A DNA stretch of 64,000 bases. Origin: Minisyncoccota bacterium. Lineage in GTDB: Bacteria; Patescibacteriota; Minisyncoccia; Phycocordibacterales; JABAAK01. Under the pieces are notes generated by a model. The model searched no databases and had not been told where the DNA came from. It saw nothing but the letters and a program-made list of their open reading frames with translations. Shown piece by piece: positions 40,806 through 50,179 of this stretch. The translations under genes were made by a program, and so were the position numbers. Position 1 is the stretch's first letter. Each line of letters begins with the position of its first letter. The stretch spans positions 78,163-142,162 of the forward strand of contig OZ244141.1 of NCBI GenBank assembly GCA_965216295.1, in the 5' to 3' direction.

Positions 40806-42182
40806 TTATATTAAATTCAAACTTCTTTTAATATTATTAAAATCACTTATAATTTTTACATCATTTTCTAGCATATCAGATACTCTATCACAGGCATACA
40901 TAACTGTTGTATGGTCTCTGTTTCCTAAGTGCTTACCAATTGAAGAATATGGTGTGTTTAAGAACTCTCTTAGTATATACATTATTATCTGTCGTATCAA
41001 AACCATCTCCTTTTTTCTTGATTTTGTTGTTATTAATGAAGGATCAATGTCATAAAAAGAACAAACCTTTTGTATAACATCTTTATGAGTTATGTTTATT
41101 TTTGCCTTTAAATTACTCTTAATAAAGTTTTTAATATTTGACAACTTTATTTGTTTGTTGTGTATCTCATTATAGAGCATAATATTTTTTACAACACTAT
41201 CAAGCTCCCGGACATTCCCATTTATGTTCTTAACAACAAAATCAACAATTTCATCCTCAACAATAAGGTCTATGTTTTCAATCTTTTTCTTGAAAATGAT
41301 ACCTAATGACTCAGAATCCACAACCTGGATATCCACAATCATACCAGAGGCAAACCTTGATCGAATACGCTCTTCAATAGAGGGAATCTCACTCGGAGGT
41401 CTATCAGAGGAGAAAATAATCTGATTATTATTATTGTAAAAATGGTTAAATAAATGGAATAATTCTATGGTAGTACGCTCCTTTCCTGCGAAGAAATGAA
41501 CATCATCTATAATAAGGAGTTGATAACTTTGGTACCTCTTACGAAAATCACTAACTCTTTCATGACCAACACCAACCGCGTCTACATAATCCTGTGTAAA
41601 GTTTTCTGCGGTCGTGTAATACACTTTTAGGTTTGGTTGTAGTTGTAATACCCTATTCCCCAACGCTTGTGTGAGGTGAGTTTTACCAACACCAGTTGGC
41701 CCATAAATAAATAGTGGATTATATACAACACCCAGTCTTTTTATAACAGCTTGAGCCGCGCTGTGTGCAAAGTCAATATACGGAGCAATAACAAATGAAT
41801 CAAAATTAAACCGAGGGTTTAGTCCAGAATTTTTATCAACTTGTTCAAATTGAAACGGTATGGTTTTATTATCCTGCTTTTTTTTCGCAGACTGATTTGT
41901 ATTAATTCTTCTGTTTATAGTAAAACGAACAAGTTTTATGTTTGTGGTTTGTTTTTGTATCTCACTAATAATAATCCGCATATATTTCTGTTGAATCCAG
42001 TTTTTAACAAACTCATTAGGAACACCAATTGTGAGAGTTTTGTCTTTATCCACATGAAGAGCGTGTGTACTAACAAACCACGTCTTAAAATTTGTTTCAG
42101 GAATTGATTTTCTCAATGATTCTAAAACCCCTTCCCAAATTGTTTGAGCATCTAATGTTCTGACCGTTTCCATTGAACCCAT
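40806..42182 (-). CDS. dnaA: Chromosomal replication initiator protein DnaA
   Basis: AAA+ Walker A GPTGVGKTHL, Walker B LLIIDDVHF, and C-terminal DNA-binding domain. The track ORF runs to 42233; the likely start is MGSMETV. Confidence 0.9.
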   Translation of the reverse strand: MGSMETVRTLDAQTIWEGVLESLRKSIPETNFKTWFVSTHALHVDKDKTLTIGVPNEFVKNWIQQKYMRIIISEIQKQTTNIKLVRFTINRRINTNQSAKKKQDNKTIPFQFEQVDKNSGLNPRFNFDSFVIAPYIDFAHSAAQAVIKRLGVVYNPLFIYGPTGVGKTHLTQALGNRVLQLQPNLKVYYTTAENFTQDYVDAVGVGHERVSDFRKRYQSYQLLIIDDVHFFAGKERTTIELFHLFNHFYNNNNQIIFSSDRPPSEIPSIEERIRSRFASGMIVDIQVVDSESLGIIFKKKIENIDLIVEDEIVDFVVKNINGNVRELDSVVKNIMLYNEIHNKQIKLSNIKNFIKSNLKAKINITHKDVIQKVCSFYDIDPSLITTKSRKKEMVLIRQIIMYILREFLNTPYSSIGKHLGNRDHTTVMYACDRVSDMLENDVKIISDFNNIKRSLNLI

Positions 42183-42329
42183 TATGGGGTATGAAGTCAA
42201 AAAAGCAAAATAGATATATAGCAGTGCTCTCAATTAAGATGTGTATAACGTTGTGAATAACTAAATAAAAATAGTATTGTGTTGTTTTGATAGATAAGGT
42301 ATACTCAGCAAGTCACACTCTCAACTTTT
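42183..42329. promoter_or_regulatory. dnaA-rpmH intergenic region with two DnaA-box-like motifs (candidate oriC part / dnaA promoter)
   Basis: TGTGTATAA (42240-42248) and TGTGAATAA (42252-42260). Classic rpmH-dnaA origin context. Confidence 0.4.
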
Positions 42330-42449
42330 ATGCACAAAAGAAGTGTAAAAAAAACAAACAAAAAACACGGTTTTCTATCAAGGAGTAAAACAAGCTCAGG
42401 AAAGAAGGTTATTCAACGAAGAAGGCTTCGAGGAAGGAAAAGTATATAG
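42330..42449 (+). CDS. rpmH: 50S ribosomal protein L34 (not in the ORF track; found by manual translation)
   Basis: Translation gives MHKRSVKKTNKKHGFLSRSKTSSGKKVIQRRRLRGRKSI, matching the L34 pattern (K(R)T.Q....K...HGFR.R......G..VL..RR.KGRK.L). Its stop overlaps the rnpA ATG. Confidence 0.8.
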   Translation: MHKRSVKKTNKKHGFLSRSKTSSGKKVIQRRRLRGRKSI

Positions 42450-42766
42450 TGATGCAGAAGAAAATATCATCACAAGAGATTAAAAACTATCTTCGGGGGG
42501 GTGTTAGGGTTTCAAATAACAGTCTGGTGATTATTTATCATAAAAAACAAGAAAGAAAATCTGTTGCAGTTATTATATCAAAGAAAAAAATTAAAAATGC
42601 TGTAAAAAGAAATTATGTTCGTCGAGTAATACGATCTCTTGCGCAATCAGAAAAAGAATTAAAAGGAATTTTTATTTTTATCTATAAATCAAAAGAAACA
42701 AAAAATGAGCGTATACAAAAAGTAATACAAGACGCAATCAAAACACTAAAGGATAAGTTAGTATAA
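42449..42766 (+). CDS. rnpA: Ribonuclease P protein component
   Basis: Small basic protein with an RnpA-like N-terminus, immediately downstream of rpmH. Confidence 0.75.
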   Translation: MMQKKISSQEIKNYLRGGVRVSNNSLVIIYHKKQERKSVAVIISKKKIKNAVKRNYVRRVIRSLAQSEKELKGIFIFIYKSKETKNERIQKVIQDAIKTLKDKLV

Positions 42767-42835
42767 AAAGTGCTATTGTGGAAAACATACTAAACAAAAA
42801 CAAAAAAAAGAGTAATGGTATATACTGACTGAGTA

Positions 42836-43603
42836 ATGGAATCAATACTCACAACCGTTTTTTATCAACCGGCAATAAATATTTTATACCTCGGATCAAA
42901 TATTGTTGACCCGAGCGTATTTTGGTTGGGGATTTTTTTTCTTGTACTTATTATTAAAATTGCACTTTTCCCTGTAAGCGTTGGCGCCATACAAACGCAA
43001 CAGAAAATACAAGGAATTCAGGGAAAATTGCAGTCTTTAAAGGAGCGATATAAAAATGACAAGGAAAAACTAGCCTTAGAAAGTATGGCTCTTTATAGAA
43101 AAAACAACATTAATCCATTTAAATCAATATTTATACTCCTTATACAAATACCAATTATTATCACCATTTTCTTGGTCACAAGAGATGTGTCCCAAGGAGA
43201 TACTTCATTCGACCTACTCTACTCATTTATTAATCAACCAGAACCACTCTTAACAACCATGTTTGGCCTTGAACTCACAGCACCTCTAGGCAGTGGTTTA
43301 ATCTTCTCTTCCGCAACAGTAACGTTTGCCATACTTTCTGGCGCAACACTATTAATGCTTATGAGGCAGTCAGCAAGGCGTGTTTCTGGAGAACAGGCAA
43401 TGCGTATTCAAAAAATACTACAATTAGTATTCACACCACTTGTAATGTTTTCTGTTTTTTGGTTTGGCGCCGCCGTTGGTTTTTACTTTTTTATTAATAA
43501 TATTATTTCAATGATACAGGAAACATTTATCAGAAAAGGTATTGGGGTAGATGAGAAAAAACCCTCAAATAAGATAACCAATCAAGTTACTACAGCCCAA
43601 TAA
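42836..43603 (+). CDS. yidC: Membrane protein insertase YidC (short Oxa1-like form)
   Basis: rpmH-rnpA-yidC synteny; 5 TM; conserved YidC core (LALESMALYRKNNINPF...). Confidence 0.8.
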   Translation: MESILTTVFYQPAINILYLGSNIVDPSVFWLGIFFLVLIIKIALFPVSVGAIQTQQKIQGIQGKLQSLKERYKNDKEKLALESMALYRKNNINPFKSIFILLIQIPIIITIFLVTRDVSQGDTSFDLLYSFINQPEPLLTTMFGLELTAPLGSGLIFSSATVTFAILSGATLLMLMRQSARRVSGEQAMRIQKILQLVFTPLVMFSVFWFGAAVGFYFFINNIISMIQETFIRKGIGVDEKKPSNKITNQVTTAQ

Positions 43604-44873
43604 CCCACAACGAAAGATCTCTTTTATTAATAAAGAAAAACAAAGAACCATCATCATTTATCCACGGGTGTATAATATCAAATTTTGTACCAGATGTGAG
43701 TGCTAAAATATCCTCATCTTTTGGATTTAGTATAATCTCTTGTTCTTTGGTGACAGCATTAATATACACAACAACATCACTCAAAACAACATCTCCTTGA
43801 TACCAAGAGTCAGGATAAATTGCTTTATATCCAGAGAGTGTCCTGTTGGGGAGATTGACAGGAACACCACAGATGAATATGCCAGAGTGACCATCACATT
43901 TTTCAGTAAAAGTTTTATACAACGCGGCAAACTCACCACCACCATCAGCACTTGCGACCATTGCCCCACCAATGCTTTTATATTTATATAAAAAATTAGA
44001 CGACTCATCTAACAAAACAGAGCCACCCGAACGAGAATAGAATATTTTTTCTGGTAAGGGTGTGGGTGTCTGTGTATTAAGAGCAAAGATATGAGCAGGA
44101 ACTCCGGTTGCGGTCGGGGTTTTGATGGTAAGGTATTTCCCCCTTCTCCATTGGGGTAACCAAACATTACTATTAGATCTCCAAATAACTCTTGTATCCG
44201 CGCTGTTTTCTAAATTGACCAATGTTCCAACAGAACCTTTGTTTGTTTTTTTAATAAAAAACAACTTGTTTTCACCATCTGTTGCGACACGCACATTGTT
44301 CTCAAAAACAGTCTTTGTATTAGTTTTTGGAACAAAGTCATCAAAAAACGATTGAGAAATTAGATCATTTGCTTGGTTTTCAAATTGAAATAACACCCTA
44401 CCATTCTTAAACAAATAAGCTTTTTGTATATACAAACCATCACCTTGAAAAGTTTTCTTTATACTATACGGATTAATGGTTGCTTGGTGTCGATCTCCTC
44501 TACCCGCCTCTATAATACGAACAACCCATCCCAACCCTTCTTCCTTATCAACACGATATCCAGCAACCGGTCCTTGAAAAATTTTCAAAATACGAAACAC
44601 ACCACCCTCAAGGTCATCGGGTGTGGGTGAATCCGTCACTATAATTGGTGGCTCAATAAAGGTTATTGGAGAAACAGAGGGTTCGTTGATTGGTGTTGGG
44701 ACGGTGCCAAATGGGCTGGTTGATTTGGGTTTTTGATTGATTGTCGTTACAGTTTTTTTTGGCATATCATCAGTGTTGTATATATAGTACAAACCAAACA
44801 ATACCAATAAAATAATAATCGCAAGCGCGATAAGTAGTGATCGGAGTAGTTTTTTTAAAGAACCTGTTTCCAT
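43590..44873 (-). CDS. Secreted/membrane-anchored hypothetical protein (last gene of the T4SS-like cluster)
   Basis: N-terminal TM (LLIALAIIILLVLFGLYYIY), Pro/Thr linker, then a beta-rich extracytoplasmic domain. Confidence 0.4.
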   Translation of the reverse strand: METGSLKKLLRSLLIALAIIILLVLFGLYYIYNTDDMPKKTVTTINQKPKSTSPFGTVPTPINEPSVSPITFIEPPIIVTDSPTPDDLEGGVFRILKIFQGPVAGYRVDKEEGLGWVVRIIEAGRGDRHQATINPYSIKKTFQGDGLYIQKAYLFKNGRVLFQFENQANDLISQSFFDDFVPKTNTKTVFENNVRVATDGENKLFFIKKTNKGSVGTLVNLENSADTRVIWRSNSNVWLPQWRRGKYLTIKTPTATGVPAHIFALNTQTPTPLPEKIFYSRSGGSVLLDESSNFLYKYKSIGGAMVASADGGGEFAALYKTFTEKCDGHSGIFICGVPVNLPNRTLSGYKAIYPDSWYQGDVVLSDVVVYINAVTKEQEIILNPKDEDILALTSGTKFDIIHPWINDDGSLFFFINKRDLSLWVIGL

Positions 44874-44983
44874 ACTATTAAGTATACCGCACAAAGAAAA
44901 AGTGATAAAGAAAGAATCTCACACCACAAACCAGATCTTTTATGTTTTAAAAAAGACGTTATTATTTCAAACACAAGCAATAG

Positions 44984-45466
44984 CTATTGTATGATAAAAT
45001 TAAGGAATTTTAATGAAACCAAATCAGGGTTAACGGTATTTAATATTATATAGGATCCTATAAGGATAACCAAACTCAATAATCCATTTTTTAGCACTGT
45101 TAAAGCCTCCTCTCGCCCCTTCACATGACCACCCGCAGTTAGTGCTAATAGCCTTACCCCATAAAAGGCAATAACAACCGTAGTAAATATTGCGGCAAGA
45201 GAAAAGGCAATTTTAAAAAGTGCCGTCAATAATTTTCGAATTAACTTATTTATTTCTTCTTGATCCTTAATATTAACTCCAATCCCAGCTCCGGGTGCGG
45301 GAGGTTTAAATCCTGGTATGCCAACAGAAAAATAAATTGTTTGCATTTGGTTTTGAGAAACAGCGGTCATTTTTTGTATAGGGGTGGTGAAAAAAAACAG
45401 CGCTGTTGTAAAAAAAGCAACCACTATGGTAACGCAAATGTATTTATAGCTCGATAGTAAAATCAT
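44984..45466 (-). CDS. Small membrane protein, candidate VirB2/TrbC-like pilin
   Basis: Signal-like N-terminus plus two C-terminal hydrophobic helices. The size and topology fit T4SS pilins. There is no sequence-level family proof. Confidence 0.3.
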   Translation of the reverse strand: MILLSSYKYICVTIVVAFFTTALFFFTTPIQKMTAVSQNQMQTIYFSVGIPGFKPPAPGAGIGVNIKDQEEINKLIRKLLTALFKIAFSLAAIFTTVVIAFYGVRLLALTAGGHVKGREEALTVLKNGLLSLVILIGSYIILNTVNPDLVSLKFLNFIIQ

Positions 45467-46526
45467 ATTCTGCTTTTTGTTTTAACACATCACCCTTACG
45501 CTGTTCCGCGACAACTTTGAGGAAAAACGCACCCTCATCACCACTTAATAATAGATTCACCCTCCTTGAATCTTCTTCTAATTTTTCTTCACCATTCTTA
45601 AACCAGTTGTAGGTAATAGTCCCATTATTAAAAGCTTCAAGTGAAAAGAAGTATGGATATACTGATAGTGTTATTGGTTCACTGAACAAAACATTTTTAC
45701 CAAACGCTCTGTTGTGTAACACGCCACGAAGTGCTTCAAATTCATACACTAGTAATTTAGGGAAATTTCGAGGAATGGTAACACTCCTTTTTACCACAAA
45801 GGATTGATTGTTTAATTTTTTTGCCGTCACCGTCACCTTAATTTTTGGTAAATCATACCGAGGCTCGCTTGGTATGATAATCACTGATTTTCCAACCCCC
45901 TGTGCTCCCTGAAACACTCTTCCATTCACCTCCCACACAAAAGAAAAATCTCTTTCTGTAAACACAGAGGTGCCACTTTGATACAACAAATCTGCTGAAA
46001 CACGAATCGGAGCATCTCTTCCTGGCAACGGATATCCAAGATAGTGTGCGGGCGTTACCACCTCACCCTCCCAAATAATATCAAGTCGCACCGGGTATAT
46101 AATTATTTCTTGGGTGAGTTGTTGTCGCAAACCACCATAGTAAAAAGTTATATTACAAGTGATAGTGGTTGGTCGACTTAAATCCAACACCTTAAAATCA
46201 ATCTGTAACAAATCATTAAATTTTTCATCAATCTTTCCATTAATGAACCACTTAGTGGAATCAACAGCGCTTTTTGAAACCTGACCAGAGGTAACCTTTA
46301 TTGTTACAGTGTCACCAAGAGCTGGTGTTGTGGTGCTAGCAGAGATACCCAGAAGATCGCTGGCGGCAGGAATGTTTTGAGCAATCACTGGTATATAGCT
46401 GAGGTGTATAAGTAACACACATATTAAATAGTAGGGCGTATTTGAGTGTCTAAAAATCGACAACATAATATTCGCAGTATAACAGGGTGTTGCACGAACT
46501 CTATTTTTTATAGGAAAACACCACAC
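45444..46526 (-). CDS. Secreted hypothetical protein (beta-rich)
   Basis: Signal peptide (YYLICVLLIHLSYIPVIAQ). No family recognised. Confidence 0.4.
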   Translation of the reverse strand: MWCFPIKNRVRATPCYTANIMLSIFRHSNTPYYLICVLLIHLSYIPVIAQNIPAASDLLGISASTTTPALGDTVTIKVTSGQVSKSAVDSTKWFINGKIDEKFNDLLQIDFKVLDLSRPTTITCNITFYYGGLRQQLTQEIIIYPVRLDIIWEGEVVTPAHYLGYPLPGRDAPIRVSADLLYQSGTSVFTERDFSFVWEVNGRVFQGAQGVGKSVIIIPSEPRYDLPKIKVTVTAKKLNNQSFVVKRSVTIPRNFPKLLVYEFEALRGVLHNRAFGKNVLFSEPITLSVYPYFFSLEAFNNGTITYNWFKNGEEKLEEDSRRVNLLLSGDEGAFFLKVVAEQRKGDVLKQKAEYDFTIEL

Positions 46527-46965
46527 ATGTCAGGTATATCGACCACAAAGGAAATGTAGAGAGAATAGGGATGCTTTCAATAATGAATATAATTGGCAAA
46601 ACAACAATCAAACCAACCTTACCTTTTTTAGGAGGATTAACACCAAAGAGGACTAGGTAGAAAGACAGTATTATGATTGACAGAGTAAGGGGGAGTGCGA
46701 GGAGTGATGTGGAGAGTGCAATTGGATATCCTGCAAGACCTTGACCAATCTCCTCAAACCCAAAAAACGAGAGAGCAGATCCAACTACAGCAGCCACAGA
46801 TAAACCAGCAAGTGTTACTGGATTAAAAAATACCACAAGAAGAGGGAGATATATAAAATCAACAATCTCTTTGAAAACAAGGAGGGTTGTTGCAACAATC
46901 AAACCACCCCTCGGAAGCTCTGTAGATCCACTTCCGCCACGCTGTAAACGACGAATTTGTATCAT
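46501..46965 (-). CDS. Small polytopic membrane protein (about 4 TM), T4SS-like cluster component
   Basis: Four hydrophobic helices; overlaps neighbours on the same strand. Confidence 0.4.
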   Translation of the reverse strand: MIQIRRLQRGGSGSTELPRGGLIVATTLLVFKEIVDFIYLPLLVVFFNPVTLAGLSVAAVVGSALSFFGFEEIGQGLAGYPIALSTSLLALPLTLSIIILSFYLVLFGVNPPKKGKVGLIVVLPIIFIIESIPILSTFPLWSIYLTCVVFSYKK

Positions 46966-46969
46966 ACAA

Positions 46970-48790
46970 TCAACTTACCGAATCATCACCACCCTCCTTT
47001 TTAGATTTTATTCGGAGCAGTTGAGATGGATCAGAGGTAATAATCTGATCTTCTGTGTAAGAAGCGATAATTTTAATAGCAACTCTTTTAAGGCCGGCGA
47101 CAAACAAACCCTCCCCAACCGCTGATTCTAAGAGTAAAAACTTTTCATTATCTGTAAGGTTAAAAATTTCTTGTAACCTCTCTATTGATGTTGCAGATTG
47201 TCGTAGCAAAAGAACCAAAGAGGCGTTGTTTAAAATTGGTTTTCCGTAAGGAGAGTTTAAGAAATCACTAACATCTTGTGTGATTGTGGCAACTCCAAGA
47301 TAGTATTTTCTACCACGCTTTACCAATCCAAACAGAAAAATAGCACTCGCCTCATCACGCATCATTACCCACGCTTCATCGACAACCAGGAGTCGTTTGC
47401 GTAATACCTTACGCACATTGTTCCATATATAGTGTGTAATAATATACATTGCTGCAGGTTTCAACTCATCTTCCATATCTCTAATGGAAAAAACAACCAA
47501 ATCTTTATTCATATTGACATTAGTTGGTTGATTGATAAAACCAGACCATGACCCTCCTGTATATTTTCCAAGACGACCAACCAACCCCTCACTCCCATCC
47601 AAACCAGCAAGTACTAAGGCAAAATCAGAAAGCAGTGGCGCTTCCGCGTTTTCAAAGTTAGCATTTGGAGTTATGTCTTTCAAGGCGTATGTCTCTGTAA
47701 TAGCTTTATCAAGAAGAGATTCTTCTGCTGCGGTCAGATTGCCTAAAAGAACACGGAACAATCCAACAAGATCAATAATATTACTTCGCAAGACATCGGC
47801 TGGATTTTCATCCTCACGAATAGCAGGAAGATCAAATGGATTGATGTGATGTTCTGAATTAAGTGAAACATTGAAATGCCGACCATCAACCGCCTTAGAT
47901 AGAGGTTCAAACTCCATCTCAGGATCAATAACAATAACATTAATACCTGCCATCAATGATCGCAACACTTCCAATTTCATAGCGTATGATTTACCAGCAC
48001 CTGATGTTGCAAAGGTAACCGAGTTGTAGTTTGGTAATGAAAAACGGTCAAATAGTATGAGTGATGCGTTATGCTGATTAACACCATAGAGAATCCCTCG
48101 ATCTGCAGAAAGACCGAATGAGACAAATGGAAATATGCTTGAGAGTGGTTCTGAGTTGAGTTTGGTGTGTATAGAAAGCACATCATTTGCAAACGGGCTA
48201 GTGCTCTTAAATCCCTGCTCTTGTTGAAACAAACTTGGCTTTACGAATATAAGACGACCATCAAGGAGTGATCGCAAATCCTTTTCTGTATCTGCTAATG
48301 ATTCCAAAGAATCACCATAGATAGTAATGTATATACCAACATCAAACAACAATTCTGTTGCCTGTTGAATTCGATCACGCAAATGCTCCAAATCTCTCCT
48401 CGCAATATCAAGTTTTGGATCACGAACCATACCCTTACGTTCTCTTTCCAGAATCTGACTCTCCACCTGCGCAACCTTCTTTCTAAAATCACGCAAAACA
48501 TTTTTTGTCTCAATGGGGTGTATGTGTATAGCGATGTCAAATTCTCTGCTAATGTTGATGATTGGTGTAAACCAACCCTCATTTAAAAAGCGAGGATACG
48601 AGACTATTGCAAGTGTCCGTGCGTACTTACCACCAAGCTCAATGTGTTTGGGAGCAACTTTGATTGCTGCGGGGGCAATAACATCTCGCAACCCAATACT
48701 GCTACGCTCAAACATTTCTTGTGGCATAAAAGAGGTAACCCCTTTCCCCTCCACAGCGCTTTTCTTTTTAAAAATATCTAAAAGTCCCAT
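46970..48790 (-). CDS. VirB4/TraC/TrsE-family conjugation/type IV secretion ATPase
   Basis: Walker A FATSGAGKSYAM, Walker B LLVVDEAWVMM, and the VirB4 N-terminal domain pattern (IELGGKYARTLAIVSYP). Confidence 0.8.
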   Translation of the reverse strand: MGLLDIFKKKSAVEGKGVTSFMPQEMFERSSIGLRDVIAPAAIKVAPKHIELGGKYARTLAIVSYPRFLNEGWFTPIINISREFDIAIHIHPIETKNVLRDFRKKVAQVESQILERERKGMVRDPKLDIARRDLEHLRDRIQQATELLFDVGIYITIYGDSLESLADTEKDLRSLLDGRLIFVKPSLFQQEQGFKSTSPFANDVLSIHTKLNSEPLSSIFPFVSFGLSADRGILYGVNQHNASLILFDRFSLPNYNSVTFATSGAGKSYAMKLEVLRSLMAGINVIVIDPEMEFEPLSKAVDGRHFNVSLNSEHHINPFDLPAIREDENPADVLRSNIIDLVGLFRVLLGNLTAAEESLLDKAITETYALKDITPNANFENAEAPLLSDFALVLAGLDGSEGLVGRLGKYTGGSWSGFINQPTNVNMNKDLVVFSIRDMEDELKPAAMYIITHYIWNNVRKVLRKRLLVVDEAWVMMRDEASAIFLFGLVKRGRKYYLGVATITQDVSDFLNSPYGKPILNNASLVLLLRQSATSIERLQEIFNLTDNEKFLLLESAVGEGLFVAGLKRVAIKIIASYTEDQIITSDPSQLLRIKSKKEGGDDSVS

Positions 48791-48791
48791 A

Positions 48792-49397
48792 CTATAGTTT
48801 TGGTACCGGCGCAGTGTCGCCCGGATTAAATGTTTGATACAACAATTCGGTAACAGCTTCGGTGTCTAGGCGAACAGCGCGAAGGCCTAAAGAGCGTATG
48901 TTATTTTGCACAAAAGAAACGCGTTGTTGTAGTTGTGTTTGAGCCTCTTCAAAGAAATTTTGTTGCTCGTTTGTTTTAGATTTTTTAAATGATAACGTTA
49001 GTGATTTTATTTGCACTGGAGAATAACCAATAATAAGAAAAAACTGCTTCGTCATAATTTCATTTGATTCAGTAAATTCAGTAATAAATTTGATATATTC
49101 TTTGGTTTGCAATCTCAACAACTCTACCTCCTGTTTGTTGTAAAGATTTTCTAAATATTCTAGGTGCTTTTGTATATTGAGGCGACGAGATTGTATAAGA
49201 ATCTGTATATTCACCTCTAATGAATTAAGCATACTCTGGAACTGATTGAGTATCGCTTCACGCTCCAAGTCAGACTTTAGATCAAAGTTTAATGAAGAAA
49301 CCAGCACGATTGCACAGAATATACCGTCCTCTCGAATGATAGTGCCATCTCGTATTTCTTTCAAAGGAACAAATGACTGTGTTGTTTTCTGTTTCAT
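48792..49397 (-). CDS. Hypothetical cytoplasmic protein, possibly a VirB4 N-terminal-domain-like accessory
   Basis: VPLKEIRDGTIIREDGIFCAIVLVSSLNFDLKSDLERE resembles the start of the VirB4/TraC N-domain. Immediately upstream of the ATPase. Confidence 0.3.
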   Translation of the reverse strand: MKQKTTQSFVPLKEIRDGTIIREDGIFCAIVLVSSLNFDLKSDLEREAILNQFQSMLNSLEVNIQILIQSRRLNIQKHLEYLENLYNKQEVELLRLQTKEYIKFITEFTESNEIMTKQFFLIIGYSPVQIKSLTLSFKKSKTNEQQNFFEEAQTQLQQRVSFVQNNIRSLGLRAVRLDTEAVTELLYQTFNPGDTAPVPKL

Positions 49398-49400
49398 ACG

Positions 49401-49823
49401 CTATGATGTTTGCCGACTGTCTTGAGAAAATTGTATCTCAGTAAGTAATTCTTTAATACGATCTGATTCATTATGATCTTTTTGAGTTTCTGAAACTTCT
49501 TCATTTTTTTGAGCCACTCTTTTTCGTGTAACCGCAACAGATTCTTGTTGTTTGTTCCAGACATATAATTTATCATTCAAGAGATATGTCAGCATTGCTC
49601 GAAGCAGGTCTATAAATGATTGGCTGTTGTGTTTGTAAAACGCTAACAATCCTCCAAGAACTCCAACAGGAGCACCCACAAGCAACGCGGTCCCAAACCC
49701 AACAAAGAAGAATAAAAAAATAAAGAGTCCAAGAGCTCCTCCTATGTACACAGCCTGCACAAAACTGAGCCCAAACAAAATGGTATCTGGAATATCAAGG
49801 TTTTGTGGTACTTGAAACCGCAT
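49401..49823 (-). CDS. Small 2-TM membrane protein (VirB3/PrgI-like candidate)
   Basis: Two adjacent TM helices followed by a charged tail. Positioned before the VirB4-like gene. Confidence 0.35.
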   Translation of the reverse strand: MRFQVPQNLDIPDTILFGLSFVQAVYIGGALGLFIFLFFFVGFGTALLVGAPVGVLGGLLAFYKHNSQSFIDLLRAMLTYLLNDKLYVWNKQQESVAVTRKRVAQKNEEVSETQKDHNESDRIKELLTEIQFSQDSRQTS

Positions 49824-49864
49824 ACACCCCCAGTATACCGCTTCTTTGCCACCCCACCTTCCAA

Positions 49865-50176
49865 TTATTGAGGTCGAGTGAGTATGATGCTTTTAATCTT
49901 TTTAAAGATCCTTTCATCAACAGCTTGGACAATCATCTTTTTCTCTTCATTAGAGACTCCCATCCGTTTATCAATGCTTTGAGTAAAAGAATCAGACCGC
50001 TTAATACCTGTAATGACACCAATCACATCTTCCTCAAGCGTACTGATTTGTGGGATAGATAGCTGAAATTCTTCAGCCAATAGTGCCAACTCTTTTTCTA
50101 GTATGGTCTGTATCGCATCACGTTTTTTATCACCATACTTACTCAATATCGCCAAAAAATTCCTTTTATAGTTCAT
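49865..50176 (-). CDS. Small hypothetical cytoplasmic protein
   Basis: ORF only; helical and charged. Confidence 0.3.
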   Translation of the reverse strand: MNYKRNFLAILSKYGDKKRDAIQTILEKELALLAEEFQLSIPQISTLEEDVIGVITGIKRSDSFTQSIDKRMGVSNEEKKMIVQAVDERIFKKIKSIILTRPQ

Positions 50177-50179
50177 ACA

